Source: Fonticula alba ATCC 38817
Taxonomy: Eukaryota > Protista > Nucleariida
DNA length: 64,000 nucleotides
NCBI GenBank assembly: GCA_000388065.2
Contig: KB932208.1
Reading direction: 5' to 3' (one strand)
Shown: positions 45,050-58,245 of the stretch, piece by piece
Layout: each line of letters begins with the position of its first letter
Numbering within the stretch: position 1 is the stretch's first letter
Translations under genes and position numbers: made by a program
The notes under the pieces: model-generated
Seen by the model: only the letters and a program-made list of their open reading frames with translations
Databases searched by the model: none
Told to the model about the DNA's origin: nothing

Positions 45050-48000
45050 ATGCTTCGCTCCGCCCGCGCCGTCGGTGCCGCCGCGCTCCGGCACCTTGCG
45101 ACTCCCCCCTCGCGGGCGGGTGTCGCCCTGTCGGACCCGCTCGGCTTGCTCCGGCGTCCGGGGCTCCTGCCAGCCGCGGGGCAGATCGTCCGGGCCCGGC
45201 ACTCGTGGGCCGGGGCGCCGCCCTCGCGCGGGCCCCCCCCGCCCTCGACCGACGATGACAAGCAGATCCTCAAGCGCCGGCTGAAGTACCAGCAGCACGC
45301 GGCCACGGTCGCCGGGCCGACGCCGTTGCGGCAGCAGCCACAGCAGCCGCAGCACCGGCCGCACCACCCGCACTCGCACTCGCAGCATCAGCAGCGCGGG
45401 TCGCCTTCGCGTGGTGGCCGCAACGCCAATGCCGGTGGTGGTGGCGGCGGCGGCGGCGGCGGCCATGGCGGCGGCTACGCCGACCGGCGCGGTGAGCGGG
45501 GCCCTCGCGCTGATCGCGGAGGCCGCACCGCCCATGGCGGCCCTCGCACCCGCGAGGATCGCGGCCATCATGGCCAGCGCAATGGCCGGCCCGGCAGGAC
45601 CGCCGACCGTCCGGCGGATATCCCCCCCCACGGCCGGGACACCATCCCCTCCGGCCCGACGCCGGATTGGGTCAACCGCCTCCCCACGCCGAACATCCCC
45701 ACCACCCTCATCACGCCGGACCTGCTGGCCCGGATGGGCACGCGGGCGGCCGGCACCGCGGCCATGGCCTCTCTTGCCACGGTGGCTCCCCGGTTCGGGG
45801 GGTCATCTCGGCCGGGCTCGGGCTCGGGCTCGGGCTCGGACGTGGGCCCGCGCGCGCGGCCCCGCTCCCCGGGCCCTCCTGCTCGCGGTCCCGGCCCCCG
45901 CGCCTCGGGCCCTGCCGCTCGCAGCCCGGCCCCCGGCCCGGTCATCTACGAGCCGGAGTTCCCGGAGTTCATCACCCGCGGCAAGCTGTCGCCCACCGAC
46001 CGCCTGCGCATGGTCCCCGACTTGCGTACCATGGTGCCGGACTTCGCCGCGACCACCCTCTCGCCCGTGCTCATCAAGGTCCTCCGCCAGCGGGGCATTT
46101 CCATCCCCTCCAAGCCGCAGTCCACGTCGCTGCTGGCCGCCCTCTAGTGCGCCCGCCCCCCCCCCCCTGCCCCCCTGCCGACCCCCTCCTCGCGGGCCGG
46201 CCCGCCGGCCCCGGCCCGGCCACATGCGCTGACCTCCCTCCTCCCGCCTGTCCCCCCCCCCCTCGTGCAGCGGCTTCGACGTGGCCATCGGGTCCACCCT
46301 CGGCAGTGGCAAGTCCCTGACGCTGGTGCTGCTGATGGTGCAGAAGATGATCGCCGCGCGTGTCCTTTCCCTGCCGTCGGCCGTGCGCCGGACCCTGGAA
46401 GCGGACCTGGCCGGGCCCGAGGCCGAGCTCCTGGCCCAGACGTCGGCCGTGGAGCTGGAGCACCAGAAGCGCGTCCGGTTCTTCCGGGAGCTGGAGCGCC
46501 TGGGCGCCGCCCCGCCGCCCGGGGCCCCGGGCCCCGGCGCCGCCGGCTTCCCGGAAATTTGCCACCTCCCCCTGCGGCAGATTTGCGTTGTCCCCTCGCA
46601 GCAGCTCCTGGCCCAGCTGACCCGGTGGACGTGCGATCTGTGGTTCGCGGCCGACGCGGCGCTCATGGCGGCCGTGCGCAGCCGCTGCCCGGACTTCGAC
46701 CTGGCCGGGTTCCTGGCCCGCGCGGCCAGCACCCCCGCCTCGGTGTCCGCCTGCGAGGCCGACGGTCTGATTCCCCCGATGCCGGGCAGCGCGTCGGCCG
46801 GGGAAATGCGCTTCTGGGTGCAGGCCCTGGCCCGGGGGGTCGGCGGCCCGGGCGGGCCATCTGCCCCGGGGCCGAGCCCGGCCCCGGCCTCCTCCCTGTC
46901 CATGCTGGATGAGCGCGACGCCTTCCCCGAGACCGCCAGCGCCGGCCAGTGGGTCGAGCTCTCGGACGATGAGGGCACCCTCACCGATGAGGACCCGGAG
47001 TCGGGGCTGGCCATGGCCGACGGCCACAGCGATGGCGATGGCGATGCCGATGCCGATGCCAATGGCGATGGCTTGCCCGGGCCCTGGCCCAGCCTCGATG
47101 ATGCGCGGGCGTCCAACCCGATCCCGGCCCCGGGGTCGGCTCCGGCGGCCACCCCGGCCGCGGCCACCCTCCTGGACCCGGATGCCTTCATCGCCGGCGG
47201 CCTGGCCCCGGCCATCGGGGCGCCCTTCACCCTGCTGGTCACGCCGACCATGCTGCAGGACCTCCTTGATCGGGATGAGCTGCCGCTGGGCCGTGTCCAG
47301 CTGCTGGCCGTGGACGAGGCCGACGCCGTGGTCCGCCCCGTGGGCCGGTATTCCACCAAGCGCACCAACAGCAAGCACCACCTCCATCCGCCCAAGGGGG
47401 CTCTGGCGCTGAAGGCCATCCGGCCCCTGGTGGACTTCCGCTGCCAGACCGTTGTCACCAGTGCCACCTTCAACAACCCCACGCGCTATGACTTGCGGTG
47501 CGTTCGCGCCCCTCCCCGAGGTGGGCCTTGTCTGATGTCTTGCTCTCCTCCCTCCCTCCTCTAACCTGAACCTCGCCCTCCCCCCCGTCCCCGGTGTACC
47601 GCCGTACGCACACGCACGCACGCACAGCGGGATGGGCTGGCTCGCGCGCCCCCTCTACCAGTCGGACCTCGGCCCCAACCGGTCCTACCTGCAGGAGGGC
47701 ATCGTCCAGTACTTCGTGCCCATTGAGGACCTCATGCGCTCGGACCCGACCCTGGACGAGATTGATCGCATCCTCCTCCAGGGCGCCGGCGGGGAGGCCG
47801 ACGCCACGGGCCCGGTCCAGGAGGACTTCGACGAGGAGGTCATTTCCCCCGAGCAAATGGCCATCCTCCTGAAGAAGGACCCCTCCCTGATGTACACCCC
47901 GCCGCCGGGCACGCCCGACGACCCGCAGCAGCAGCCGCAGCAGCAGCAGCAAGACCCCACCGGGCACGCGGGCCACCCCCAGGAGGACGCCTGGTCCACC

Positions 48001-48645
48001 GACAGCGACGAGGACGCCTGGTCCACCGATGGGTGGGGCAGCGACCTCGACCTCGACGACTTCCCCCGCGAGGATGTCGACGCTCTGCTGGACATCAGCC
48101 GGACCTTCCCGCCGGAACGCCTGCGCGAGCTGGCCGTCATCGGCCGGTCCATCAGCTCCTACCAGCCCACCTCGGCCATCCTGTGTGTCGGCGAGCAAAT
48201 CAGCGTCCCGCGCTTGGTCGACACGCTGACCCTGCTGAACCGCATCCATGGGCTCGGCTTGCCGGTGGTGCACAATCTGGATGAGCTGCTGCTCCACTCG
48301 CGGCCGATGCTCTTCCAGCCGGAGCTTCTGACCCGGCACCGGACCCCGATGGACCAGCTGGCCGGGCGGATTGACCGCGCGGCCGGCGACCCGGCCTCCG
48401 GGGCCCCGGGCCCGGACGCCGAGTTGGACCTGGACCCGGCCGACATCGGGTCCATGGATGCCCATACGCTGGATCGCTTTGCCCGGCGGGCGTCGCAGCT
48501 GAATCGCCCATTCCCCGGGCCCGGGCTCTTTGTGGCGCGGAATTCCACCGTCCGCGGCCTGGACACCCGCGGCCTGAGCCATGTTTTCATTTACGACCTG
48601 GACACGTCCAGTGCGTCGGCCCGAATGGCCTTCCCTCCTTTTGCG

Positions 48646-48691
<46 letters not shown>

Positions 48692-49073
48692 GCCCCCTCC
48701 CCCCGGTGCCATGTGCCTGCTAACACCAAACCCATCGGCGCACGCCCACACACCAGCCAACCATCACGCGCAGTACCTCCACTCGATTGGTCGCCTGTGT
48801 CGGCGCCCGGGCGAAACCGGCGTCAGTGTCCTGTACTATGGCACCCCGGATGCGGCGTATGTTGACCGCCTGCGCAAGGACCTCTCCCTGGCCGAGGCAG
48901 ATGGCGCGCTGGACGCCCTTGGCCCGGCCGCCGGTGCCGGCCCCGGCCAGGAGGATGAGGATCAGCAGCAGCAGCAGCAGCAGCCCCAGCTGCCCGAGTG
49001 GGTGCTCAAGCGGGAGTTGGAGCTGCAGAAGCGGCGCGAGAGTGTTCGCCGCCGCCGGGCTCTATTTGCTTAG
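45050..49073 (+). CDS. Probable mitochondrial DEAD-box RNA helicase with large insertions
   Basis: Presequence-like MLRSARAVGAAALRHLA; Q-motif LSPVLIKVLRQRGISIPSKPQ; motif I GSTLGSGKS; Ia VPSQQLLAQ; II VDEAD; III SAT; V VRGLD; degenerate VI YLHSIGRLCR. Introns at about 46147-46270, 47497-47626 and 48611-48773. Confidence 0.85.
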
Positions 49074-49583
49074 CATCGCCATGCTGCCTGGGTCCGTCTC
49101 CCTCTCCTTCGCTGCACGCCTACCCCCCCATAGATAGAATAGATAGACGCACGCGGACTCGCGCACGAGAAGCAACGCGCCGCTCACTGAGCAGGCATGG
49201 GTCCCGGGGGGATGGGACGCCGAAAGAAAGAGCGGCCGGGGGGAGCGACGACGGAGGAGGGACAGCCAGCCCAGCGGCTGTGTGGGCTGCCGCCGACGGC
49301 GGGGGCGCACGCACACACAAACACAGGCACGCTCCTGCAGGCGGTGCACTTGCTGCGGCACCGGAGAGAGAGAGAGAAAGGCCGGCAGAGGGGGAGAGAG
49401 GGGACCATTTCCTGCGCCCTGGCGAGAAGAGCCCCCCGCGAGGGGGGGACTTGACAGAGAACGGATATACACACGGAAAGGCATAGTACATTTGGAAGTA
49501 CACATCTATAGAAAAAGGGGGGGGGGCATTGGCATGCGCACACACCAGCACACGGGCGGTGCGCACACGCGAAACTCTGAGAA

Positions 49584-49617
<34 letters not shown>

Positions 49618-50113
49618 GATGTGGGACCGGTGCCGGTGCCCAAGCAAGCATGGGGCCCCACCCAAAGGGCACGCCGGCCACATGGGGGGAGAGACGGGGC
49701 ACGGGAGAACACAAGGCCCTGCCACGAGGGAGGAAGAAGAGGAAAAGCGAAAGAAGCCTAGGAAAGGGCGCGCCCCGGCGCAGGCGGATCCACGGGAAGA
49801 CCCGCCGTGCCGCGACGACGGCGGCATACACCGCAAAAGGGCAACACCAGACATCCATGCGCACGCCCCTCCGGCAGGGGGGTAAAGAGAGGCACAGACC
49901 GGAAGGGCGGGCACCGGGCATCCGGGGCGCCTCGACAGCGCCCCATGCGCATCAGCGCACCACGACGAGCACGCGCAACCACGGACGATAGGGGGGCGTG
50001 GCCGGGAGGGAGGAAGAGAGAGAGAGAGAGAGGAGAAAGAAGACCGGCCCCCGGGGAGGAGAGGACCCCCTCGTCCCAGGGCGCCAGGCCGCGCCTCGCC
50101 CCTTGGCTCCCCT

Positions 50114-53100
50114 TTACGCGAAGAAGTACTGCGAGTCGCGAACCGCCGACACATCGAAGGTACCACGGTCCGGCACCGGGCGGATGTACAGCTTCCGGTA
50201 ATTCGACAGGACCGACGTCACCAGGACATTGTTCACCCGGGACAGATCCAGATCCAGGTCCGACACCACCATGTTGTCGTGCAGCGGCAGATCCCGCACA
50301 ACCTCGCGCGAACGGCGTGACCGCTCCCGGCGCTGCGCCTGGCGCATGGTGTTCATGGCCCGGAAGTCCGCGTGGCGCTCCAGACGCTGGGCATCCTCCA
50401 CCTCGGACGCCGAGTACAGCGGGTGCGGAATGCGCGCAAACGAGTCGGCCAGCGTCCGGACCGGATGCACCGACAGCACCTGGGCCAGATCCGCCTCGCC
50501 AGGGGCCAGCACCGAGGACACATCCACCCCGGCGTGGAAGTTCCACAGCTGGTTGCTTGGGTCGGACGACTTGCCCGACACGCCGGCCTGCGTGCGGCCC
50601 TCCTCCGAGAGGGAGCCGCCGGCCTCGTCCGAAGTCATGGCCCCGGAGGCCGACGGGTCCACCAGGTCATCCTCATCCGGGCCGAGCTCGCCCTCCATCA
50701 TGAGGTCCGAGTCCCCGACCACGGACATCTCACTGCCGACGGCCCCGCCGAAGCCGGACGCCGCCACCGAGGCCTCCTCGTCGTGATCGCCGAAGGCGCG
50801 CACCGCGTTGCGCACGTGCGCCGGCGGGTAGCTGCTGTGCACGATGTGCGACGAGTACCGGCTCAGCAGCTCCGAGCGCAAGTTCTCCATGATCGGCTGC
50901 GAGTGCAGCTTCACGAACTGATCACGAATGACATGGTTCAGCGCGTCCACATCCGACGGGTGTGTCCAGTACGAGTCGTGCACCGAGGCGAACTGGATCG
51001 GCTTCTCGAGCTGTCGCCGTGAAAGAGAGCCGCGAGGCGCCGAGGTGCCGCGGGCGGGAGATGAAGAGGGAAGGAAGTGTAAGTCATTGCGGTGAGTGGC
51101 TGTGCAAAGGGAAAAGCGACATCATGCAGGTGTGTATGCCCCCCCCCCCCCCCCCCCCCCGGCACCTCGGCGCCTCGCTCCAGACGTACATCACGCGCGC
51201 ACGAAAGCGCCGTCATCAGCATATGCGTCGAATCCAGCGAATGGATGAAGTTCGGCGGGAAGGCCGCACGCTGGCGCCGGACATTCACGAGCGCCTGGGC
51301 GCCGGGGTCCATCACCTGAACCGTTTGGATGGTGGTGCGGATCTGCACGCGCGCCGGTCCAACGACGATGGCCATCGCACGTCATGCCCCGCCGCCGGGG
51401 GGAAACAAAAAAGACACCGCACAGGAGGGGGAGAAAGGGCCAACAAGCAATCGGTCAGTGAGGGGCCGCGCGCGCGCGCGCACACACACACACACACACA
51501 CAGACACAACGGGACCAAGACCCCAAAAAGCAAGCAGCGAGGAGAGCGTGCCGAGAGGGAGGCAAAAGAAACAAGCCCCCCCCCCCCCCCCCCCCCGCCC
51601 AGGGGACGGGGAGGGGAAAAAAGAAGGAACAAGGGAAACCAGCACAAACCCACGCACCGTCCGAAGGCCACCCTTGCGGTAGGGCTGCACAATGGGCAGA
51701 CCCAGCGGCGTGGTCCAGATGACCTCGCTGGTCCCGTCGGCCGGGCGCAGCTGGTTCAGCAGCGGCCCCGAGCCGGCCACCCCGCGCAGGGTCTCCTCAT
51801 GGCGATCCATGACCGTGCGCAGGACCTGCTCGCGCATGCGCGACCGCGACACCTCCTCCGCCGCATCCGACAGCCAGTTCTGGATCTCACGCGCGCCCTG
51901 GAACATTTGCTGCAGCGAATCGAACACCTTTCGCGTCAGGTACCAAGACACCCGGTAGAAGTCCCGCTCCGGGACCATGCTCTCCTCGCGCAGGCGGTTC
52001 TCAATTTGCAACCGCGCGCCGATGAAAGTCACACCATAGACATTGGTCATGACCGTCTGCTTGACCACCTTGCGGGACACCCGGCCAGACATCATGGACG
52101 CAATTTCCCGCAAGTTGGCCGGCGTGCTGGGATCCTCCAAATCCTTGCGGATCAAATCCTCCACCACATTGGCCACAGCCAGGTAGACATCCTGCGGGGT
52201 GTCGCTGCCGACCAGGTTCACCGACATGGCACCGGCCACATCGCCACCCAGCGCCGCGTAATGCTGCAGCCCATTGCAACTGCCATCCTGGTGCACCGGC
52301 AGCCGGCACTCATACTCCTCCGGCCGGTCCAGGGCCATGGCATTGGCATACTCGATGGTGGTGGCCAGCACCTGCCACGGGTCTTCGGTGTCCTGCCACC
52401 AGGTGTGCTTCAGCGGATCGGCCGCCGTGGCGATCAGCCTGTCCCGCATGCCGTCCACAATTTCCACACGCTCCGAAAAGGCAATCTTATCATGGCCCAG
52501 GACATTCGACAAATGCACCTTCAGCCAGAAGAGGCCCCGCTCGCCCAAGGGCCGAGCCTCATCAAAGAGCAACAACCCGCGATTCAGATCGTTGCCCAGA
52601 TGATTCAGATGCGGCGGCACCGGGTACGCCCGGCCACGGAAGTCCAACGTATGCGGGAAGTACAACGGACCCGAGGCATAGGCGCGCGCCACTTCCAGCG
52701 TGTAATTCGTCGAACACCGCAAGGCATGACGCTCGCGATTGATCTTGATGGCCTGCCGCGTGTCGGCCGTCAATTGCCGGCGCATCATCGCCGACAGGGA
52801 CGTCATGTCGGCCGGCATCTCCGGCAGGGGGATGTCTTTCCGGTCCGGGATGGCCGCCACCCCGCCGCCATTGTTCCACACGGCCGATGCCACATCCAAC
52901 ACGCGGGTGTTGATGCGCCAGCGGGTTTGGCCCAGGACATCCAACGCCGCCAGGACCTCCGTCAATTGCCCGGCATACGAAGCCGCGCGGAGCATTTGGA
53001 ATTGCAAGCGCGACCCGCGAATGCGCATGCACGGCCGGTCCTGCGTCAAGTACCCGCCGGAGTTGTACGTCAGCCATGGCCGCGGCGGGACCAACATCGG

Positions 53101-55482
53101 CAGCAGCCGCCCCGGCAGCAGGGTATTCAGGGCCTTGGCCTGGGAAAGGATCTCACTCAATTGCGCATGCGGCCGAATGACTCCCACTCGCCGGCCCGCC
53201 ACAAAGGCATACGTATGGTACCAGGCCGGCACCGTTTCGAAGACCGTGCTCCCATCCGGCCGAGTCACCGGCACATCGATGTAGGCATTGGACAGGAGCA
53301 AGTGCAGCAGGACACTGCCCACACGCGCGCGCACCACCCCCGGCCACACGGGACGCCAATTGCCGAAGTTCGACCGGAGATTGTGCTCATGGCTGCTCAT
53401 CAGCCGCCGGAGGCTGGTGTTGAACATGCGCGAAGACCCGAGGATTTGCCGGATGCGCTGGTCCGACAAATTCAAATGCGCACGATGGCGCTTCAGCTTC
53501 AGGCCATTGTACGTGCTTTCCAGCGCACTGCCAATGGCCAGCATCAAGTGCGTCGACCGCATGCCCAGCGACGGCCCCGCGCCATAGTGACTGATGAACT
53601 CATTGAGCAGGGTGTCCACCGTCAGCTCCGGCTTCAGGAGGCTCAGGAAGGGCACATGCGACTCGGAGGCCGCCCCGGCCGATGCACCCTCCCCCTCGCG
53701 GATGGACTGGATTTCCCGCTCCAATGCCGGCACCAGGGCCGCCCGCCAGCCGGCCATGATGGTGTCCAGCTGCTGGCTCCGGGGCAGGGCATTCTCATGG
53801 CGTCGATCATGCCGGGCCAGCATGGCCGACATCATCTCCACCTGCTCCTGCCGACGCTCGGCCGAGTGCATGGTATCCAGCACCGGGCGCAGGTTCCGCC
53901 GCATCTGCTCGATGGAGGGGGTGCTGAATTCCGACAGGCGAATCCGCTCCAGCAGCGGATCATTCGACTGGGAGGACTCGGCACCGAGCCACTCATTGTT
54001 CCCCAGCGAGTCGGCCGGCAGCGAAGACGAGGAGGAGGACCCGGGGGACAGGTCCATTCCGGCGGAAGACCGATCCATGGACCCCCCCCCCGGGCCCGAG
54101 GCCACCACCCGATGGCTCAGGCGCTGGAAGTCCGGCATCGGCTGTTTGTCACCGCCCCCGAAGGCCGGGCCCAGGTCCGAAGACAGGACATCCAGATCGT
54201 CAAACAGGCCGGAGCCCCCGATCCCGGGGTATTCCCGGATGTGCCGCGTGTCGGTCACCATGTCACTGCAGGCGGCGAAGGACTCATACGCCGCCTGGAT
54301 TTGGCGGGATTCCTCCTCGGAAAAGCGGCTGGACTCCCAGAACCCCCGGACCGGTAGCTGGCAATCGAACATCGTGGCAAACAGCCGATGAAGATAGTCC
54401 TCCACGGCCCCGGGCTCGGCGGCGAAGGCGGCCTTGGCCAAATTCACGAACGTAGCCGGCGTAGGCTCGACATTGGTGTGGCGCATGAGGTGGATCACGT
54501 CGAAGGCGTTGGCGATGCCTCCACGCTCCACATGGGCCTCAATCATGGAGTGGAAGATTCTCGGCGTGAACTCGTACTGCATGGATCGCAGCCGGTTGAA
54601 CAGGAAAAAGGCTCGCACCATCATGCCAGTGCGCAAGCAGGCGTCCATCATGGCCAGTGTCTCCTCGGCGCTGGCCGCACGGAAGTGAGTCAGAGGGGGA
54701 GGGGAGGGGGAGGGGAGGGGGAGGGGAGGGAGAGCAGGGGAGCAAGGAGAGCAAGGAGAGCAAGGAGAGCAAGGAGAGCAGGGGAGCAAGGAGAGGAGGG
54801 GGGCAAGGAGAGCAGAGAGAGCAGAGAGAGCAGAGAGAGCAGAGAGAGCAGAGAGAGCAGAGAGAGCAGAGAGACAAGAGAGAGCAGAGAGAGCAGAGAG
54901 AGCAGAGAGAGCAGAGAGAGCAGAGAGAGCAGAGAGAGCAGAGGGAGCAGAGGGACAGAGAAGACAGGAGAAAAACATATGTCAGTCGTCGCAACAGGAC
55001 CCGAGAAAGGCCAAAGATCGATATGGGGGAAAAAAAGAACCCGCAAGACGGGACACCTACTTGATGGACATGTTTTCGAGTGTGCGCTCGGAATTCCGAT
55101 CAAACTGCAGGCCGTCCCCCATGGCGATGGGCTCGTCGTTGACCGACAGCGGTGCATACGCCGCGGCGGGGAACGGCGACGAGTTGGCCGCCGCAGTGGC
55201 GGTCGCCTGCTGGTGATGGAAATGATGGTGGTCCTTGTTCGAGTGCGACCCGAGCATGCGCGCCTCCGACAGCATTTGGTTGTATGCATCGTGCGAGGTG
55301 GGCCCGGCCGAGTCGAACCCCGTCGACGCATAGAAGGGGTGGGGCACATGCGCCGGCGAAGCGCCCGACGACTGTGCCCGCAACACCAGGCGACTGGCCA
55401 CTAGCGGCCGGTAGTCCGCGGCGAGACGCGCCACGAGGGCCGTGCCTGGCGACTGCCCCGCATTCCGGAAGATGTGAAGCAT
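50114..55482 (-). CDS. POLRMT: Mitochondrial single-subunit (T7-like) RNA polymerase with N-terminal PPR-like repeats, 4 exons
   Basis: Motifs LDFRGRAYP, PVHQDGSCNGLQHY, RKVVKQTVMTNVYG, IWTTPLGLPIVQPY, AFPPNFIHSLDSTHM, FASVHDSYWTH and C-terminal YFFA*. Exon 1 (55482-~55060) has a presequence-like start; PPR-like helices at about 54400-54640. Confidence 0.96.
54730..54950. repeat. Intronic 9-bp minisatellite (GAGCAAGGA / GAGCAGAGA units) in mtRNAP intron 1
   Basis: Two related 9-mer arrays separated by a short G-rich spacer; reads (TCTCTGCTC)n on the sense strand. Confidence 0.9.
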
Positions 55483-57567
55483 CGCGAGCGCGGGCTAAAA
55501 GGGGAGGCGAGGAGGAGAAGAAGCAGAAGCAGAAGAAGACCCGTGGGACCAGGACAAGGGGCAGGACAAGCAGGAGGTCAGGGGCCATCCATGCCCGCGC
55601 GCGGAGAGAAGCCAACGCAGAAAAAGAAACACACCTAAGCACACGAGAGGCGAAGAGTAGTCACCGGGAAACGCAAAGGGAGGATGATGGTGGCTGCGTG
55701 GCGGCGGGAGGGGGAGGGGGGGGGGAGGAAGAGACGGGGAGAGATGGGGAGACGGGGAGAAGATGAAGGAGGGGGCGGGGGCCTACTCTCCGGCCGAGGA
55801 AAAGGTGCACAAGCAGAGGGGGGAAGAGGAAGGGAGGAACGTGAGGATACTCTTGGCGCGGCTCCCGGCCGGCGGCGGGATTGGCTCTGCCCACCCGCCG
55901 AAAAAGCTCCCCCACCACCCCCACCGCCGCGCCCCATGCGCCAAGGAGATCCGGCCCACTCGCCGTCAACCAGGTGAGTGGGATATACCCATAACACCCG
56001 CCCACACACGCACACGCACACGCACACGCGCGCGCACACACACACACGCACGCGCACACCCCCGCACAGGGCTACCGCAAACCGCGCCAAGATCCCCGGC
56101 GCAGCCGGCATACGCGTGGGTCCAGAGGCCGGGACGGCGCCAGTCAGAAGCCCGCTGGCAGATGCCACGTGCGGAACCATCCCGGTCCCCGCGCGCCTTG
56201 CCCGGCGGCTAAGCACGGCCGCCGACAGCGGCGGGAAAAAGCGGCCGCGTGGGGTCCCGGCCCCCCCCCCCCCCCCTCAGCCCCCTCCGTCCAGTGCGAG
56301 CCCAGGGACGCCAGGATGCGCGGCCCCAGGCCCACCAGCCCCGCCTCCCGGCCCCGCCACTCCCGCAGGGAAGACACTCGCCGAAAACTCACCCACACCA
56401 GGTATTGACGACCCCCCCAATCGGCTCGATCATGTAAGTGGGCCCGGCGCGCGCACACGCCCCCCAGCTCAGCCACATGGCGGCTGCCCCAGGTCCCCCC
56501 CTCTGACACGGGCGGCCGAGCCCGCCGGGGAACCCCCCGCCGCCTCTGCCCCTCGCCGCACACAGGAGACCATGCCAGGTTTATGCCATGCCACGACCGC
56601 CGCCAGGCTCAGGGAACGAGGAAAGAGGCCGCCTCCCGCCGCCGAAGTGGCCGCCGGGGGGCACCGAGCCCGGCCCCAGCCGGAACGGATGAACCCTTGG
56701 CTAGGGTATCGGGTATCATGTGCACGAGTGCCAACGATGGTGTGGAGCGCCATCGGGCGTCCGTCGGACCCTCCTGCCGCCGTGCGTGCGGCCCGCCTCC
56801 CCCCCCCCCCCCCCCCTGCCCCCAACCGGCCGATTGTGGCCGATGCCCCCGCCCGGGCCCCCGGCACGCCGCGAGGCCAGTCCCAACGCACGCACGCGTG
56901 CCCCCGCCGCCCCCACCGTCCCCACCGCCCCCACCGCCCCCCGCACCTCGCGCGTGCCCCTCCGCTCCTCGACCGCGGACAGCCCCACCCGCCCCCGGGT
57001 GCCTCTTCCCCACGAGCACCCGCGCCGGCCGGGGAGCGGCTGCCCGGCCCAACCCACACCCGCAGACGAGATCCCGGCCCCGGGGCCAGTGCCCCGGCGA
57101 ATGCGCCGCCAGCCAAAGAGCCGCAGCGCCGGGGCATGGCGCCGCCCACGCGCCGCAGCCACACCTCGCCGCGGACCGCCGCTCCCTCCCCCTCCTCCTC
57201 CCCCTNNNNNNNNNNNNNNNNNNNNNNNNNNNNNNNNNNNNNNNNNNNNNNNNNNNNNNNNNNNNNNNNNNNNNNNNNNNNNNNNNNNNNNNNNNNNNNN
57301 NNNNNNNNNNNNNNNNNNNNNNNNNNNNNNNNNNNNNNNNNNNNNNNNNNNNNNNNNNNNNNNNNNNNNNNNNNNNNNNNNNNNNNNNNNNNNNNNNNNN
57401 NNNNNNNNNNNNNNNNNNNNNNNNNNNNNNNNNNNNNNNNNNNNNNCCCCCCGCCACCCGTGCCCCGATGCCCCGCATGCTCTGTCTGTCCATTGACCGG
57501 AAGCCCGCCCTCTTTTCCCCCCATCCCCTGTCCCCGGTGCCGCCGGGCCCCGGCGGTCGTCCCGCAG

Positions 57568-58188
57568 AATGTGGCGTATGCCCTCTTCTCACATGGCCGG
57601 TCAGCCCTGGCCCCGCTGGTCCGGCTAACCGGCCTCCCCAGCCGCAAGCTGGCGGCCTGTCTATTTGTCCTGGTGCACCATGGGATTGTGGCGGCCGATG
57701 ACAATGACCCGGACGCCGCGGCCGCCCTGGCCGCCGGGCGCATCATCACCTACTATACCCTGCTGCCGGAGCGCCTGCTGGTGCGCCTGGCCCTGCCGCG
57801 CTTCATGGAGGTGGCTGAGCGTCTCTTCCTGGCCGAGGGCCTGGCCGCGGTGTGGGCCCTGGTTCGCCACGGGCGCCTGTCATACAATGATCTGGTGGCC
57901 GAGGTGCTCGGGACCGACGCCGATGCCGAGGTTCCGCTTCCCGGTGCGCCAGAGCGCCCGACCCCGACCTGTGCGTCCCCGCTCCTCGTCGCCCGCCTCG
58001 CGTTGATTGCGCGTGCCTCGCTGCCACCCCCCCTGTCGGGCCATGACTGCCGGGCCACGGCACACTCACACGGCGCCCGATACTGACACACGGACCTGGA
58101 CTTGCACTTGCATCCGCGCAAACGCCTGTTCATACACGCGGGCGCGCGCGCACACACACGCACACACACACACACGCACGCACGCACA

Positions 58189-58245
<57 letters not shown>

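Noticed and set aside
50114-55482. T7-like RNA polymerase as a prophage or linear-plasmid gene
   Set aside because: Has spliceosomal introns, a presequence, PPR-like N-terminus and the YFF(A/S) end typical of nuclear-encoded mtRNAP; no phage neighbours.
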